From sequence record OP729297.1: a DNA stretch of 64,000 nucleotides; one strand, 5' to 3'. Shown here in pieces: positions 26,801 through 35,411 of this stretch. The notes below the pieces were generated by a model. The model made no database searches and was not told the DNA's origin. It saw only the letters and a list, made by a program, of their open reading frames with translations. The position numbers were made by a program, and so were the translations under genes. The stretch's first letter is position 1; each line of letters opens with the position of its first letter.

Positions 26801-27378
26801 TGTATATCTCTAAAGCAATGCTCAACATGCGCGGGGATTCGCTTGGGTCAACGGCCAACCCGACTGTTGAAAACCCGTGTCAGCCTGCATCTTTTGTGGG
26901 ATATAACTCAGGTAATCTACAGGCTGGTGGCATTCCGATCTCGGCCGAAGTTACTGCCGCTCTTGTTTTCTCTGCTGGCGATACTATTCCCGATTCAGTG
27001 TGGAACAACCAAGCGCAGGCACCATTCAGTCTGACTTCATTGCGCACATACCTGACAGCGAACGTTCCTGGCTGCGTAATGGAATCAACCTTTGCCTCGT
27101 CTGGTACGATTCGTATCGTCAATCTGGGCAACGGTAAGCGCATGTTCGATCTGTATACTGCGCTCGGTCGCTTCGCCTATGCTAAGGCGTTCAACCGCAT
27201 GTATCTGCTGTTGAGCAATAGCGCGTCTGCTCTTGGGACAGGTACGGCTTCTGTTTCATCTCTGGTTGAGTTCACACCGCAAGATTTGATCTCTATGGGT
27301 GTTCCTCTGACTGATAACGGTGATGGTACGTTCAACCTGAATGGCACTGTCAATATCAACAACATCACATTCAGCTAA
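26800..27378 (+). CDS. Fibre-array paralog, short type
   Basis: MYISKAMLN start like 28461 and 30103; LVFSAGDTIP. Confidence 0.5.
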   Translation: MYISKAMLNMRGDSLGSTANPTVENPCQPASFVGYNSGNLQAGGIPISAEVTAALVFSAGDTIPDSVWNNQAQAPFSLTSLRTYLTANVPGCVMESTFASSGTIRIVNLGNGKRMFDLYTALGRFAYAKAFNRMYLLLSNSASALGTGTASVSSLVEFTPQDLISMGVPLTDNGDGTFNLNGTVNINNITFS

Positions 27379-27387
27379 GGACGCATT

Positions 27388-28464
27388 ATGGAACTCTTTC
27401 CGTATCAGGCAGCGAACGTAGCTTCTCTGTTCTCGCTCGGCCTGTTGTACGATACAGACGTGCCTGAGAATGGTGAGCGTGGTATTCACAGCACGTTCAA
27501 CGATGCCATTACGATTCGTCTGCTACAAAAGACGCCAATGAGCACAGCGCCGTTTCGTTGGCAGTACACGCCAGTATCGGCCTCGACCTTTGTCGGTAAT
27601 AACTTCTACCCAGCTTGGGTGGAGATTAACGCCACGTTCGGATATGGCGCTGCGATCAACGCAATGACTCGCATCATTCCTAAGTTGCGTCTGCCTGCAC
27701 TCGACAACCGTTTTGCTGCAACTGTCGGTAAGTATAACGAGAGTGTGGCAACTACTATCCTTGCGCACAAGATGGGCAACGCGGCAAGCCAATTCTCAAC
27801 GACTACCAGTCTGTACTTGAGTCCTCAGTACAATCTAACAGAAGCAGGTAATTGGCTGATCGCCGAGTATGATTTCGGTGCCGAGATGGAACTCAAAGGT
27901 CTCGTGGGTGTTTCAGTAGGCGCTGCCGTGAACACACTTATGGTACTCGGTACACAAGGTACCGTACTGCAAGCCTATGTCAACGGTCAGTGGGTAGATG
28001 CGGTAGACTGCTACGCTAACGTTCGTACAATAACTAACTGGGCGCCTATTGCATATACGCTGCCTGCATCTGTCAAAGCTCAGAAGTTTAGGCTGATCAA
28101 TAAATCAGTATCATGGCCGTGGACAACGCTGGGCCACTATCCGTTTAGCTTGCAGTTCTACGGCAACTATACAGGTGTTAAGCCTCGCACGTTAGGTAAG
28201 TATAAGCACATGTCTGTGCTCAACCTGATTGCCAGCGCAAGCTATGCAAACAGCACTCAGTGGCACTTCAACTGGCCTGCCTTAGAGGCTACGGTTGCTG
28301 GCCGATACTTCGGTATGACACACTTCACTGTCACCGACGACGTTAAGCTGTCAGCCAGTAACGATATCGTAATGCTGGACACAACGTATAACACAGCATT
28401 CGGTGAAGCGCCTGTGCCTACGTTCCGTGTGAAGCAAGACGCACTCGTAGGGAGGGGCGTATGA
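27388..28464 (+). CDS. Fibre-array paralog, long type with discoidin/F5-8-like insert
   Basis: AEYDFGAE...LQAYVNGQWVD...LPASVKAQKFRL; clearly paralogous to 29046. Confidence 0.65.
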   Translation: MELFPYQAANVASLFSLGLLYDTDVPENGERGIHSTFNDAITIRLLQKTPMSTAPFRWQYTPVSASTFVGNNFYPAWVEINATFGYGAAINAMTRIIPKLRLPALDNRFAATVGKYNESVATTILAHKMGNAASQFSTTTSLYLSPQYNLTEAGNWLIAEYDFGAEMELKGLVGVSVGAAVNTLMVLGTQGTVLQAYVNGQWVDAVDCYANVRTITNWAPIAYTLPASVKAQKFRLINKSVSWPWTTLGHYPFSLQFYGNYTGVKPRTLGKYKHMSVLNLIASASYANSTQWHFNWPALEATVAGRYFGMTHFTVTDDVKLSASNDIVMLDTTYNTAFGEAPVPTFRVKQDALVGRGV

Positions 28465-28985
28465 TTAGCAATAAAGCCGTTTCTATGGCTCAGATGAATG
28501 CTGCCTTTCCAGCGACTGCAATCGTAGCCAACTCTCTGCATATTGGTCTGTTCAAAGGCACAGCTCCTAAGATTAGTAAGGCGCTTGACGTGTTACCTCC
28601 AGGTGCTGTCAATAGTCTACTGAACTGGAACACCGTGTGTGCAAACCTGGGACTTGTGTCCGCCGATTTTCTCGGTGTACTGGCCTCTGCTGCGATCACA
28701 CCTGTTGTTAACACACAGGCGCGTACAGTAACACTGCCTCTTGCTGGGCAGGCTGCTACTCTTACTGGTGTTGCTGACGGTACGCCTACGTTCTACGTTG
28801 CACGTATTCTGCCTGCAAACGCATCGAACAACTGGGCCGGCTTTGCATACAGCGCCAGTCTGACAGGACCATTCTGGATTGGCTCTGTGGGTACGCAGGG
28901 TTCTGATGCCGAACTCCAGTTCATTGGAGGTCAGATTAAAACAGGTCAGGCCTATCGCTTCCTCGATCTGACTATCCAACTGTAA
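28461..28985 (+). CDS. Fibre-array paralog, short type
   Basis: LFKGTAP...ADGTPTFY...GSVGTQGSDAELQF.GG.I..G..Y...DLTI. Confidence 0.7.
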   Translation: MISNKAVSMAQMNAAFPATAIVANSLHIGLFKGTAPKISKALDVLPPGAVNSLLNWNTVCANLGLVSADFLGVLASAAITPVVNTQARTVTLPLAGQAATLTGVADGTPTFYVARILPANASNNWAGFAYSASLTGPFWIGSVGTQGSDAELQFIGGQIKTGQAYRFLDLTIQL

Positions 28986-28990
28986 TACAC

Positions 28991-29014
28991 ACGTGGTGGC
29001 TTCGGCTGCCACGT
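28991..29014 (+). terminator. C(UUCG)G hairpin
   Basis: ACGTGGTGGC-TTCG-GCTGCCACGT, followed by TAATTT at 29018. Confidence 0.55.
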
Positions 29015-29045
29015 CATTAATTTGAACTGTCTTTAAACCAAGGGC

Positions 29046-30101
29046 ATGTATATGAAAATTGTACCTATCTATCAGAACACACCACTTGCTGTGTTCGGCG
29101 CCTTCATGGAAGGGAATCTTCCGACTACACTGAACTACGATCTCCAAACTGTGTTGAATAACATGGTGAGTGGTCGTGCTTTTCTGCAAAACAACATCGG
29201 TAACTCCCAGCAGCAACTGGTGCCTACCGCTGTCTCTAACTACCAAGTATCTCCAGCTCCTGCCTGGACTACTGTGCAGGGCTACCGTGGAAAGCGCGTC
29301 CTGCCTAAAGTGACCTTCGCAACATACAGCACTGTCTATCAAGATCTTGTGGCCAACCTGTCCCTCAACAGCACACAGCTTGATATGTTGTTCTTCACTA
29401 TTCTGGCCCACCGCACCGCGTCCACTACAGCCGCATATATTGGGCCGTGTATTTCAACGAACTCATCTGTACCTCCGGTTAAGAACGTCAACGCAGATGG
29501 GTCATGGACTCTTGCTGAATATGATTTTGGCGCTGAGGTTGTAGTAAATAGTTTGGCTGCAATATGCATGATACCAGCGAATAACTTGTTCAGTGTCACA
29601 GCAGGAAACTTAACCTTCCTGCAAGTTCAGCAGGGTAGCTCCTGGGTTGACGTGACGAACATCAACACGAACCTATCCGTCACCACAGCACAATCCGAGA
29701 AGTATTTCCAGCTCCCTGCTACAGTTCAAGGTCGTCGCTGGCGTGTCGTCTCTAAAGCGGCAACCAACCCATTCCCTACAGGGTTGGGTCCGTTTATTTT
29801 GCACTTCTATGGCGACTACGTTTCAGGTACGTCACCACGTACTCTGGCAAAGATTCAACACGCAGTGATCATGCCTGTTATGTATGCCACAACGTGGGGT
29901 TCTGTGTCTATGTCTAACGGCCTAAGCACGGTGGCATACGGACGCTACTTCGGTCACTATGGCCTGACTGTTACTGACGATTTGAAACAGGCCGCAAACT
30001 TTGACCTCGTTATCAATGACGCCACTGTTTACCCTGCGCAGGAACAAGCTGTAAGCTCGTTCACTGTAACCTATAAACCTGCCGCAACTGAGGTATACTA
30101 A
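29046..30101 (+). CDS. Fibre-array paralog, long type with discoidin/F5-8-like insert
   Basis: AEYDFGAE...FLQVQQGSSWVD...LPATVQGRRWRV; GRYFG..TVTDD. Confidence 0.65.
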   Translation: MYMKIVPIYQNTPLAVFGAFMEGNLPTTLNYDLQTVLNNMVSGRAFLQNNIGNSQQQLVPTAVSNYQVSPAPAWTTVQGYRGKRVLPKVTFATYSTVYQDLVANLSLNSTQLDMLFFTILAHRTASTTAAYIGPCISTNSSVPPVKNVNADGSWTLAEYDFGAEVVVNSLAAICMIPANNLFSVTAGNLTFLQVQQGSSWVDVTNINTNLSVTTAQSEKYFQLPATVQGRRWRVVSKAATNPFPTGLGPFILHFYGDYVSGTSPRTLAKIQHAVIMPVMYATTWGSVSMSNGLSTVAYGRYFGHYGLTVTDDLKQAANFDLVINDATVYPAQEQAVSSFTVTYKPAATEVY

Positions 30102-30102
30102 T

Positions 30103-30636
30103 ATGCGCGTCTCAAAAGCATACAACACACTCCAGGCCCAAATTGCTCTTTGCATCCGTATGCCACCAGGACAGGCAGTCACGGCTGGAGCTGTTCACGT
30201 TGCCCTGTTCTCAGGCACTCCTCCTACAGATGACCAGTTGCAGACACTGCTGGCTACAACTAACACGATGACCTCGTGGTCTGCATCACTTATCTCAGCA
30301 TTTGCAACACAGACGAATTTCTTGGGTAACGTTGCTCTAGGCGCGTTCGTTCCAACTATGGACTTCGACAACAACGTGTTTAATCTGCCGTTAAGTGCTC
30401 AGACTAACCTGTTCACTATCGCAACGTCGGGAACACCTACATGGTTTATGTTGCGTCAGTGCTCCGCGGCATCGAACGCTGACGCTTGGGCAAACTTTGT
30501 ATCAGGTACCAACCTGTACAACTGCATCGTCGGTACTGTTGGTGACGAGAACTCCGCAGCAGATCTCAAAATCGTTGGTGGTGCTGTTACTGCTGGTCAG
30601 CCTGTGCGCGTACCTGATATGCGTATCAAACTCTAA
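30103..30636 (+). CDS. Fibre-array paralog, short type
   Basis: LFSGTPP...SGTPTWF...GTVGDENSAADLKIVGG. Confidence 0.7.
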   Translation: MRVSKAYNTLQAQIALCIRMPPGQAVTAGAVHVALFSGTPPTDDQLQTLLATTNTMTSWSASLISAFATQTNFLGNVALGAFVPTMDFDNNVFNLPLSAQTNLFTIATSGTPTWFMLRQCSAASNADAWANFVSGTNLYNCIVGTVGDENSAADLKIVGGAVTAGQPVRVPDMRIKL

Positions 30637-30645
30637 GGAGGCATT

Positions 30646-31548
30646 ATGTTAGTCTCTGAAAAACAGGCGCTGTATCAGCTACTGCAAACAGTTGGTACTA
30701 GCGCCAGTAACGGCTGGGCTGCTTTCTTCCGAAACGGAAGTAGCAACAACGTACCGAAAGCGTTTACTGATCTCGTGGCTTCATCTCGCGCTGCCGTTGA
30801 GTTGAAGTACCAAACGCAGACCGCAGACCCTAATGGCATTCTGTGTCGTCAGTACAGCAAGGTTAGAAGCCTGATGCCTATTGGTGGCTACGGTCAAGGC
30901 CGTGTCGCATTTGACGCTACAACCAAACAGTCTGTGCAAACGTATGCAGTGTTCCCTGAATACTCGCGCTATACACCATCTATTGGTTGGTCTAAAACAC
31001 CTCAGCAGATAATGGCCAACGTTTGCTCCTGCTCTGACATTACGTTGCCTATTGCTCAGTCTTGGGATGCGAACGATACAATGGAGTACGACTACGGACG
31101 TACTCTGCGTTTCCGTTCATTTATGATCGCAACCTCGGGTATAAACACAGGCAATATCCGACTGGAGTATCAAGACCCGACGACTCTGGTGTGGACGCGC
31201 ATCGTAGTTGCTCTTGGTATGAATGAAGTCGATATCACAGCACGTAAACTGCGTATCAACACGAACGGTACCTCATCGGTCACCCAAATCATGTTTACGC
31301 CGTATGCAGAGAAAGGCAGTGACTTCGTTACAGCCGCTTTTACACACGCTGTGCTCGTACCTCTGACGCCTGCTGTCCCTACAACAACTCAGCCCTATCT
31401 TGGGGCAAGCGCCGAAGACTATTATGGTCTTGTGCTTGATGTAGGTACGGATATCGTACTCGGTACTCCGTCTATCGGCCAGTATGGAACTCTTGCGGTA
31501 TCTGATTTCACTATCCGCATCTCTGATAACTTCTTGGGGAGTGTATAA
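30646..31548 (+). CDS. Fibre-array paralog, long type with discoidin-like insert
   Basis: MEYDYG...LEYQD...W...ITARKLRI; LDVGTDIVL. Confidence 0.6.
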   Translation: MLVSEKQALYQLLQTVGTSASNGWAAFFRNGSSNNVPKAFTDLVASSRAAVELKYQTQTADPNGILCRQYSKVRSLMPIGGYGQGRVAFDATTKQSVQTYAVFPEYSRYTPSIGWSKTPQQIMANVCSCSDITLPIAQSWDANDTMEYDYGRTLRFRSFMIATSGINTGNIRLEYQDPTTLVWTRIVVALGMNEVDITARKLRINTNGTSSVTQIMFTPYAEKGSDFVTAAFTHAVLVPLTPAVPTTTQPYLGASAEDYYGLVLDVGTDIVLGTPSIGQYGTLAVSDFTIRISDNFLGSV

Positions 31549-32147
31549 TGAAGATGCTTCCAGCAACCGCTAACGCCATGATGCGAAATGCGCTTATCAA
31601 CTTGGTAGGTAACGCATCACCTACGGCGTTTACTGCCACTACCATGTCTGTTTTGTTCTACACAGGCACGATGCCGACCAAAGCAGAGGTGCAATCGCTA
31701 CTCGCTGAGGGAACACAGTTGGCCGGTGGTAACGCAGCGTACACGCGAGTAGGTCCTTTGTTTACTGCGCGTGTTGCAGACTACGTTGGCGGTGTGACGG
31801 GCAACAAGCCTGTTGTTACTCAGATGGCAAACAACGTCATTGTTCCTATGTCTTCTGCGATGAACATGCGTCTGAATAACACCTACAACGACTACCGTGC
31901 AAGCTACTTCCTGAAAGACGCTTTCCCTACATGGTGTATCGTCATCGGTGCGTATTCGAATACAGTTAACTTGCAGACAGGCAGCAACGATGCAGGAGCT
32001 TCTTTCCTCGCAGTCTGTAGTGTTGGTGACGAAAACTCAAACGCAGACTTGAAGCTGCTTGGTGGCAAGGTGTATGCAAACAACACCACGCCAACTGACC
32101 AGTCGAAAGCTGTTATCATTAACGACCTTGTTTTGAAATTCGCTTGA
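31548..32147 (+). CDS. Fibre-array paralog, short type
   Basis: FYTGTMPT...PTWC...SVGDENSNADLKLLGG...DLVLKF. Confidence 0.7.
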   Translation: MKMLPATANAMMRNALINLVGNASPTAFTATTMSVLFYTGTMPTKAEVQSLLAEGTQLAGGNAAYTRVGPLFTARVADYVGGVTGNKPVVTQMANNVIVPMSSAMNMRLNNTYNDYRASYFLKDAFPTWCIVIGAYSNTVNLQTGSNDAGASFLAVCSVGDENSNADLKLLGGKVYANNTTPTDQSKAVIINDLVLKFA

Positions 32148-32162
32148 TAATTTAAGCGAGTA
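32148..32162 (+). promoter_or_regulatory. Candidate late-promoter motif
   Basis: TAATTTAAGCGAGTA upstream of the GAGG RBS of 32183. Confidence 0.45.
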
Positions 32163-32182
32163 CAAAATAAGAGGATGGTATT

Positions 32183-32422
32183 ATGCAACTAACAGTAGCT
32201 CTGTCAGTCAAGCAGTATATCAGCGTAAGTGCGGAGAAATCAATGCTCCAGCAAGAATACGCAGATATGGTCAAAGGTATGTGCGCTAAGTATGGTGTAC
32301 AGCAACCCTTTGAGCTGGACGATGATCGTTTGAGGGAGTTCTTCTCGGAACTTTCTTCTTCGTGGAAAGCGCGTAAGCGTGAACTGTATCAAGATGGTCA
32401 GATTACTTCTGAGCAACTTTGA
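32183..32422 (+). CDS. Hypothetical 79-aa protein
   Basis: GAGGA RBS; has its own motif upstream and a terminator downstream. Confidence 0.6.
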   Translation: MQLTVALSVKQYISVSAEKSMLQQEYADMVKGMCAKYGVQQPFELDDDRLREFFSELSSSWKARKRELYQDGQITSEQL

Positions 32423-32427
32423 TCGAT

Positions 32428-32456
32428 AAGGGCGGCTTCGGCTGCCCTTTCTTTTT
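32428..32456 (+). terminator. Rho-independent terminator with UUCG loop
   Basis: AAGGGCGGC-TTCG-GCTGCCCTTTCTTTTT. Confidence 0.85.
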
Positions 32457-32477
32457 GTCTAATAGGGAGTATTAAAC

Positions 32478-32786
32478 ATGGGTGATGTGTTATCACAAAT
32501 GCCAACGATCCAAATCGTAGCCTTCTTCCTTTCATATGTTGGCGGCGTCTTGATGAACTATGTGGTCAAGACTAAGCGAGAAGGCTTAAACTGGAAAGAG
32601 TATTGGACTCTGAATCCAATCTCTTCCGTCGCCGCAGTGTTTGTGTCTACAGGTATGTTCATTGGTTTACTGATGAACGGCCAGACAGACCATCTTACCT
32701 ACTTCTCTTTGGCGTTCACAGTTGAGAACCTTGTCAACATGCAGACCACCAAAGCTCAGGAGCAGGATAAAGACAAAGCCGAATAG
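32478..32786 (+). CDS. Holin-like membrane protein
   Basis: Two to three hydrophobic segments and a highly charged C-tail (KAQEQDKDKAE); sits upstream of spanin-like genes. Confidence 0.45.
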   Translation: MGDVLSQMPTIQIVAFFLSYVGGVLMNYVVKTKREGLNWKEYWTLNPISSVAAVFVSTGMFIGLLMNGQTDHLTYFSLAFTVENLVNMQTTKAQEQDKDKAE

Positions 32787-32800
32787 TGGAGTGCGTGATT

Positions 32801-33097
32801 ATGTCTAAGGCTATTGAGATCGTGAGAAAATACTGGAAGGTTTTCGCATCTGTTATTGTGCTTGTCGTTACGGCGTTGTTGTTCCGTCGCCCTAAGACAA
32901 GTCCTTCAACTACCACAGGTGAACAGAAAGCCGCTGACAATACGCGTGAAGCAGCAATCGAGAACCAAGTCCAAGACAGCAAGACTGTCAACGAGGCGGT
33001 GAAAGAACTGAACACGCGGAAGCCTGAGACTGATGTTAAGCCTCCGACCAAAGAAGACAGCATGGACGAGCTGGTGGACAGGTACAATAAGCTATGA
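32801..33097 (+). CDS. i-spanin (Rz)-like inner-membrane protein
   Basis: N-terminal TM (VFASVIVLVVTALLF) then a hydrophilic helical domain; ATGA overlap with a lipoprotein gene. Confidence 0.5.
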   Translation: MSKAIEIVRKYWKVFASVIVLVVTALLFRRPKTSPSTTTGEQKAADNTREAAIENQVQDSKTVNEAVKELNTRKPETDVKPPTKEDSMDELVDRYNKL

Positions 33098-33558
33098 AAA
33101 TAATCACGTTACTCCTGTGCTTGCTAGTGACTGGTTGTAGTTCGTTGTCTGGCATCGAACCAACCAAGAAAACAACCATGCAAGACATTCAGCAGATCAA
33201 TCGTGTTGAGTGGGAAAAGGAAGCCGTTCCTGCCAAGCCTCAAGTCGTTGTCAAAGTTGTAGACGACAAAAAGGTTGCAGTGCTCGACAATAAGGGAATG
33301 GTTGATTTGATCAATTTGTATGAGTCAGGTAAGACACGCACCGAAGAACGAAACAAGTTACTCGATGTGTTGAATCTGACGATTGATGAACGCAACAAAC
33401 TACTGCGTTTGGCTCAAGTCGAAGAGGTGAGGGCGAACGGACTATCCGATGACTTAGCAGCAGAGCGTAAGGCACGTATTGAAGATCAGAAGTCTGCCGA
33501 TTTTCAATTGTGGTTGACGCGCATTGCAGCAGCTATCGGTATAGGTTTAGCGCTATAA
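33094..33558 (+). CDS. Spanin-like outer-membrane lipoprotein with hydrophobic C-terminus
   Basis: Lipobox LVTG/C-SS, coiled-coil core, C-terminal LWLTRIAAAIGIGLAL. Confidence 0.55.
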   Translation: MKIITLLLCLLVTGCSSLSGIEPTKKTTMQDIQQINRVEWEKEAVPAKPQVVVKVVDDKKVAVLDNKGMVDLINLYESGKTRTEERNKLLDVLNLTIDERNKLLRLAQVEEVRANGLSDDLAAERKARIEDQKSADFQLWLTRIAAAIGIGLAL

Positions 33559-33560
33559 CG

Positions 33561-33598
33561 AAAAAGGGCGACTCTCAATTACGAGGGCCGCCCTTTTT
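33561..33598. terminator. Bidirectional terminator at the convergence of the two arms
   Basis: AAAAAGGGCG..CTC-loop-GAG..CGCCCTTTTT between stops at 33558 (+) and 33615 (-). Confidence 0.85.
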
Positions 33599-33614
33599 GC
33601 TTTTCTACAGCAGA

Positions 33615-34637
33615 TTACAACTGGTCGTTGATCATCTGAGTCAGACCATCAACACGAATCACCAGATACTCCAGCATCTCGTCAATAGCGCGAACAATTT
33701 CGAGCTTAGCCAGTTCACTAAAGCCCACATTGATTCCGCCGATTTCTTCTGGCGCCTCACCCAACAGACGCAAACCAGCTTCACTGATATCCGCCTGAAT
33801 GTTATTGTAGACAACCAGAATGTCCATAGCCAGATCACGAACGTCTTGATCTGCACGGTTCAGCAGCACGCCTTCTTGCGCACGACGGGCCATATCACCG
33901 TCAGGGAATACCTGACCCATGAGGAACTGAGTCAGAGTGATGATCGGTGCGGCGTGGCAGCCAACAACTTTCAGCGGCGATTGAGTACGCGATTCGAAGT
34001 ACGAATTGTGCATGTAGTATGCCATGCTGCGTACATAATCGTATGCAGGAACCAGTTCGCCGTCTGCACGAATATCACCATCAGCGTCCGCTTCGTTCTG
34101 GCCTTCAAATATTTCGTTGATGCGAGAACGCAGATCAGCAACGCAGGAATTGTCAATCGCACCGAAGTCATACAGCGCGATAGTCAGATGTGCGATGCTG
34201 TCCATCAGGTTCACGGAGCGGCGAGCAACGCGCGGGCCGATCGGCACTTCTACGTCTGAGCCACTTTCGATTGACGGTGGAATGTGAGAGATTACACCAG
34301 CAGGACCAGGGCTAGATGCAGCGCCGCGTGGACAAGGTCCTGGTCCGCGAACACCAGTATCACCATCAGACAGACCATAACCTGAACGCATGGTAGAGTT
34401 ACGTGCTGCGGCGCGATCAGTACCGATAGTATCGGCGTGTTGGAACGATTGGGTCTGACCACGAGCAGGTGCTACCGCCTGGGAGTTCAGCTTATGAACA
34501 CGGTCGGCATCCCACTCTTTGTGTGCTTGCTGTTCTGCGTCTGTCAGATAGTGACGCTTGAACTTGCCTTTCTCGCCGCGTACAACAATGTACGGGTTAC
34601 GGTCATCATCGAATTTAACAGCGGTAAAGTCGATCAT
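33615..34637 (-). CDS. Hypothetical protein (disordered middle, helical C-terminus)
   Basis: 340-aa ORF coupled to the upstream gene (TAATG overlap). Confidence 0.6.
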   Translation of the reverse strand: MIDFTAVKFDDDRNPYIVVRGEKGKFKRHYLTDAEQQAHKEWDADRVHKLNSQAVAPARGQTQSFQHADTIGTDRAAARNSTMRSGYGLSDGDTGVRGPGPCPRGAASSPGPAGVISHIPPSIESGSDVEVPIGPRVARRSVNLMDSIAHLTIALYDFGAIDNSCVADLRSRINEIFEGQNEADADGDIRADGELVPAYDYVRSMAYYMHNSYFESRTQSPLKVVGCHAAPIITLTQFLMGQVFPDGDMARRAQEGVLLNRADQDVRDLAMDILVVYNNIQADISEAGLRLLGEAPEEIGGINVGFSELAKLEIVRAIDEMLEYLVIRVDGLTQMINDQL

Positions 34638-35338
34638 TATAAAGTGGCTCCCAGCAGATTGTTTGACAGGTCTGCATTGACGCGATGCAGGGTAGAGATT
34701 GTGTCGTCCAGGTGATCAACCAGATTGCACAGGCAAGCGTGAACGCTATCGGTCACCTCAGCTTCACGGCGGTCAGCAGGACCCTCTACGCCGATCATAG
34801 AAGCGTTCAGACGATTGGCCTGGCTCTGAATAGACAGCAGACGAAGAATAGCAGTCTGTGAGTCATGATACACGCTACGTCCATACTGCGTTTTCATGAT
34901 CAGGCCGGTAGGCTCTTTGGCTACGTCTTCGTCTTCGCCCATTTCATCACGCTCACCATCACCGTTAACAGCTTCATACACCAGATGGTTGGTGTGACGC
35001 AGAGCCACGTTCAGATCTTCATTAAGGATGCGCAGCACGTTGTGGTGCTGACTCGCGGCCAGATCTTCTGCTTTGGCTGGAGAAGGCTCGTACAGGCCGA
35101 GAGCCATCAGCGTGTCCGCCAGTTGCGAACGAGCGGAGTTTAGGCTATCAATGCGGCCATAGATTTGCTGGGCTACAGACAGACCGATGCAGGCTGAGGT
35201 AGCAGCACCAGCTTCAACTACAGCCGAGGCCTGGACACCGTTATAGACAGGTGCAGTCACACGCTTACCAGCAGAGCCTCCGGAGCGGACAGACTTAGCA
35301 GAGTTATCGACAGCACCACCACGTTCTTTAGAAGCCAT
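34637..35338 (-). CDS. Hypothetical helical protein with an internal duplication
   Basis: AAGGA RBS; two similar helical-hairpin segments. Confidence 0.6.
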   Translation of the reverse strand: MASKERGGAVDNSAKSVRSGGSAGKRVTAPVYNGVQASAVVEAGAATSACIGLSVAQQIYGRIDSLNSARSQLADTLMALGLYEPSPAKAEDLAASQHHNVLRILNEDLNVALRHTNHLVYEAVNGDGERDEMGEDEDVAKEPTGLIMKTQYGRSVYHDSQTAILRLLSIQSQANRLNASMIGVEGPADRREAEVTDSVHACLCNLVDHLDDTISTLHRVNADLSNNLLGATL

Positions 35339-35400
35339 ACTTTGTTCCTTCTGATATTTGATAGATAGTTAGTTTAGATAGATAACTTTAGCAGTTAGTA

Positions 35401-35411
35401 TTTACAGATTT
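35401..35411 (-). promoter_or_regulatory. AAWCTGTAAA motif
   Basis: AAATCTGTAAA on the - strand, 63 nt upstream of start 35338. Confidence 0.45.

Noticed and set aside
20834-32147. Diversity-generating retroelement or invertible cassette as the source of fibre variation
   Set aside because: No reverse transcriptase, recombinase, near-identical template/variable repeat pair or flanking inverted repeats were seen; the paralogs are old and diverged.
28617-34259. Opposite-strand ORFs 28617-29411 (-) and 33510-34259 (+)
   Set aside because: They cross gene boundaries and terminators of the real genes and have no protein-like features.
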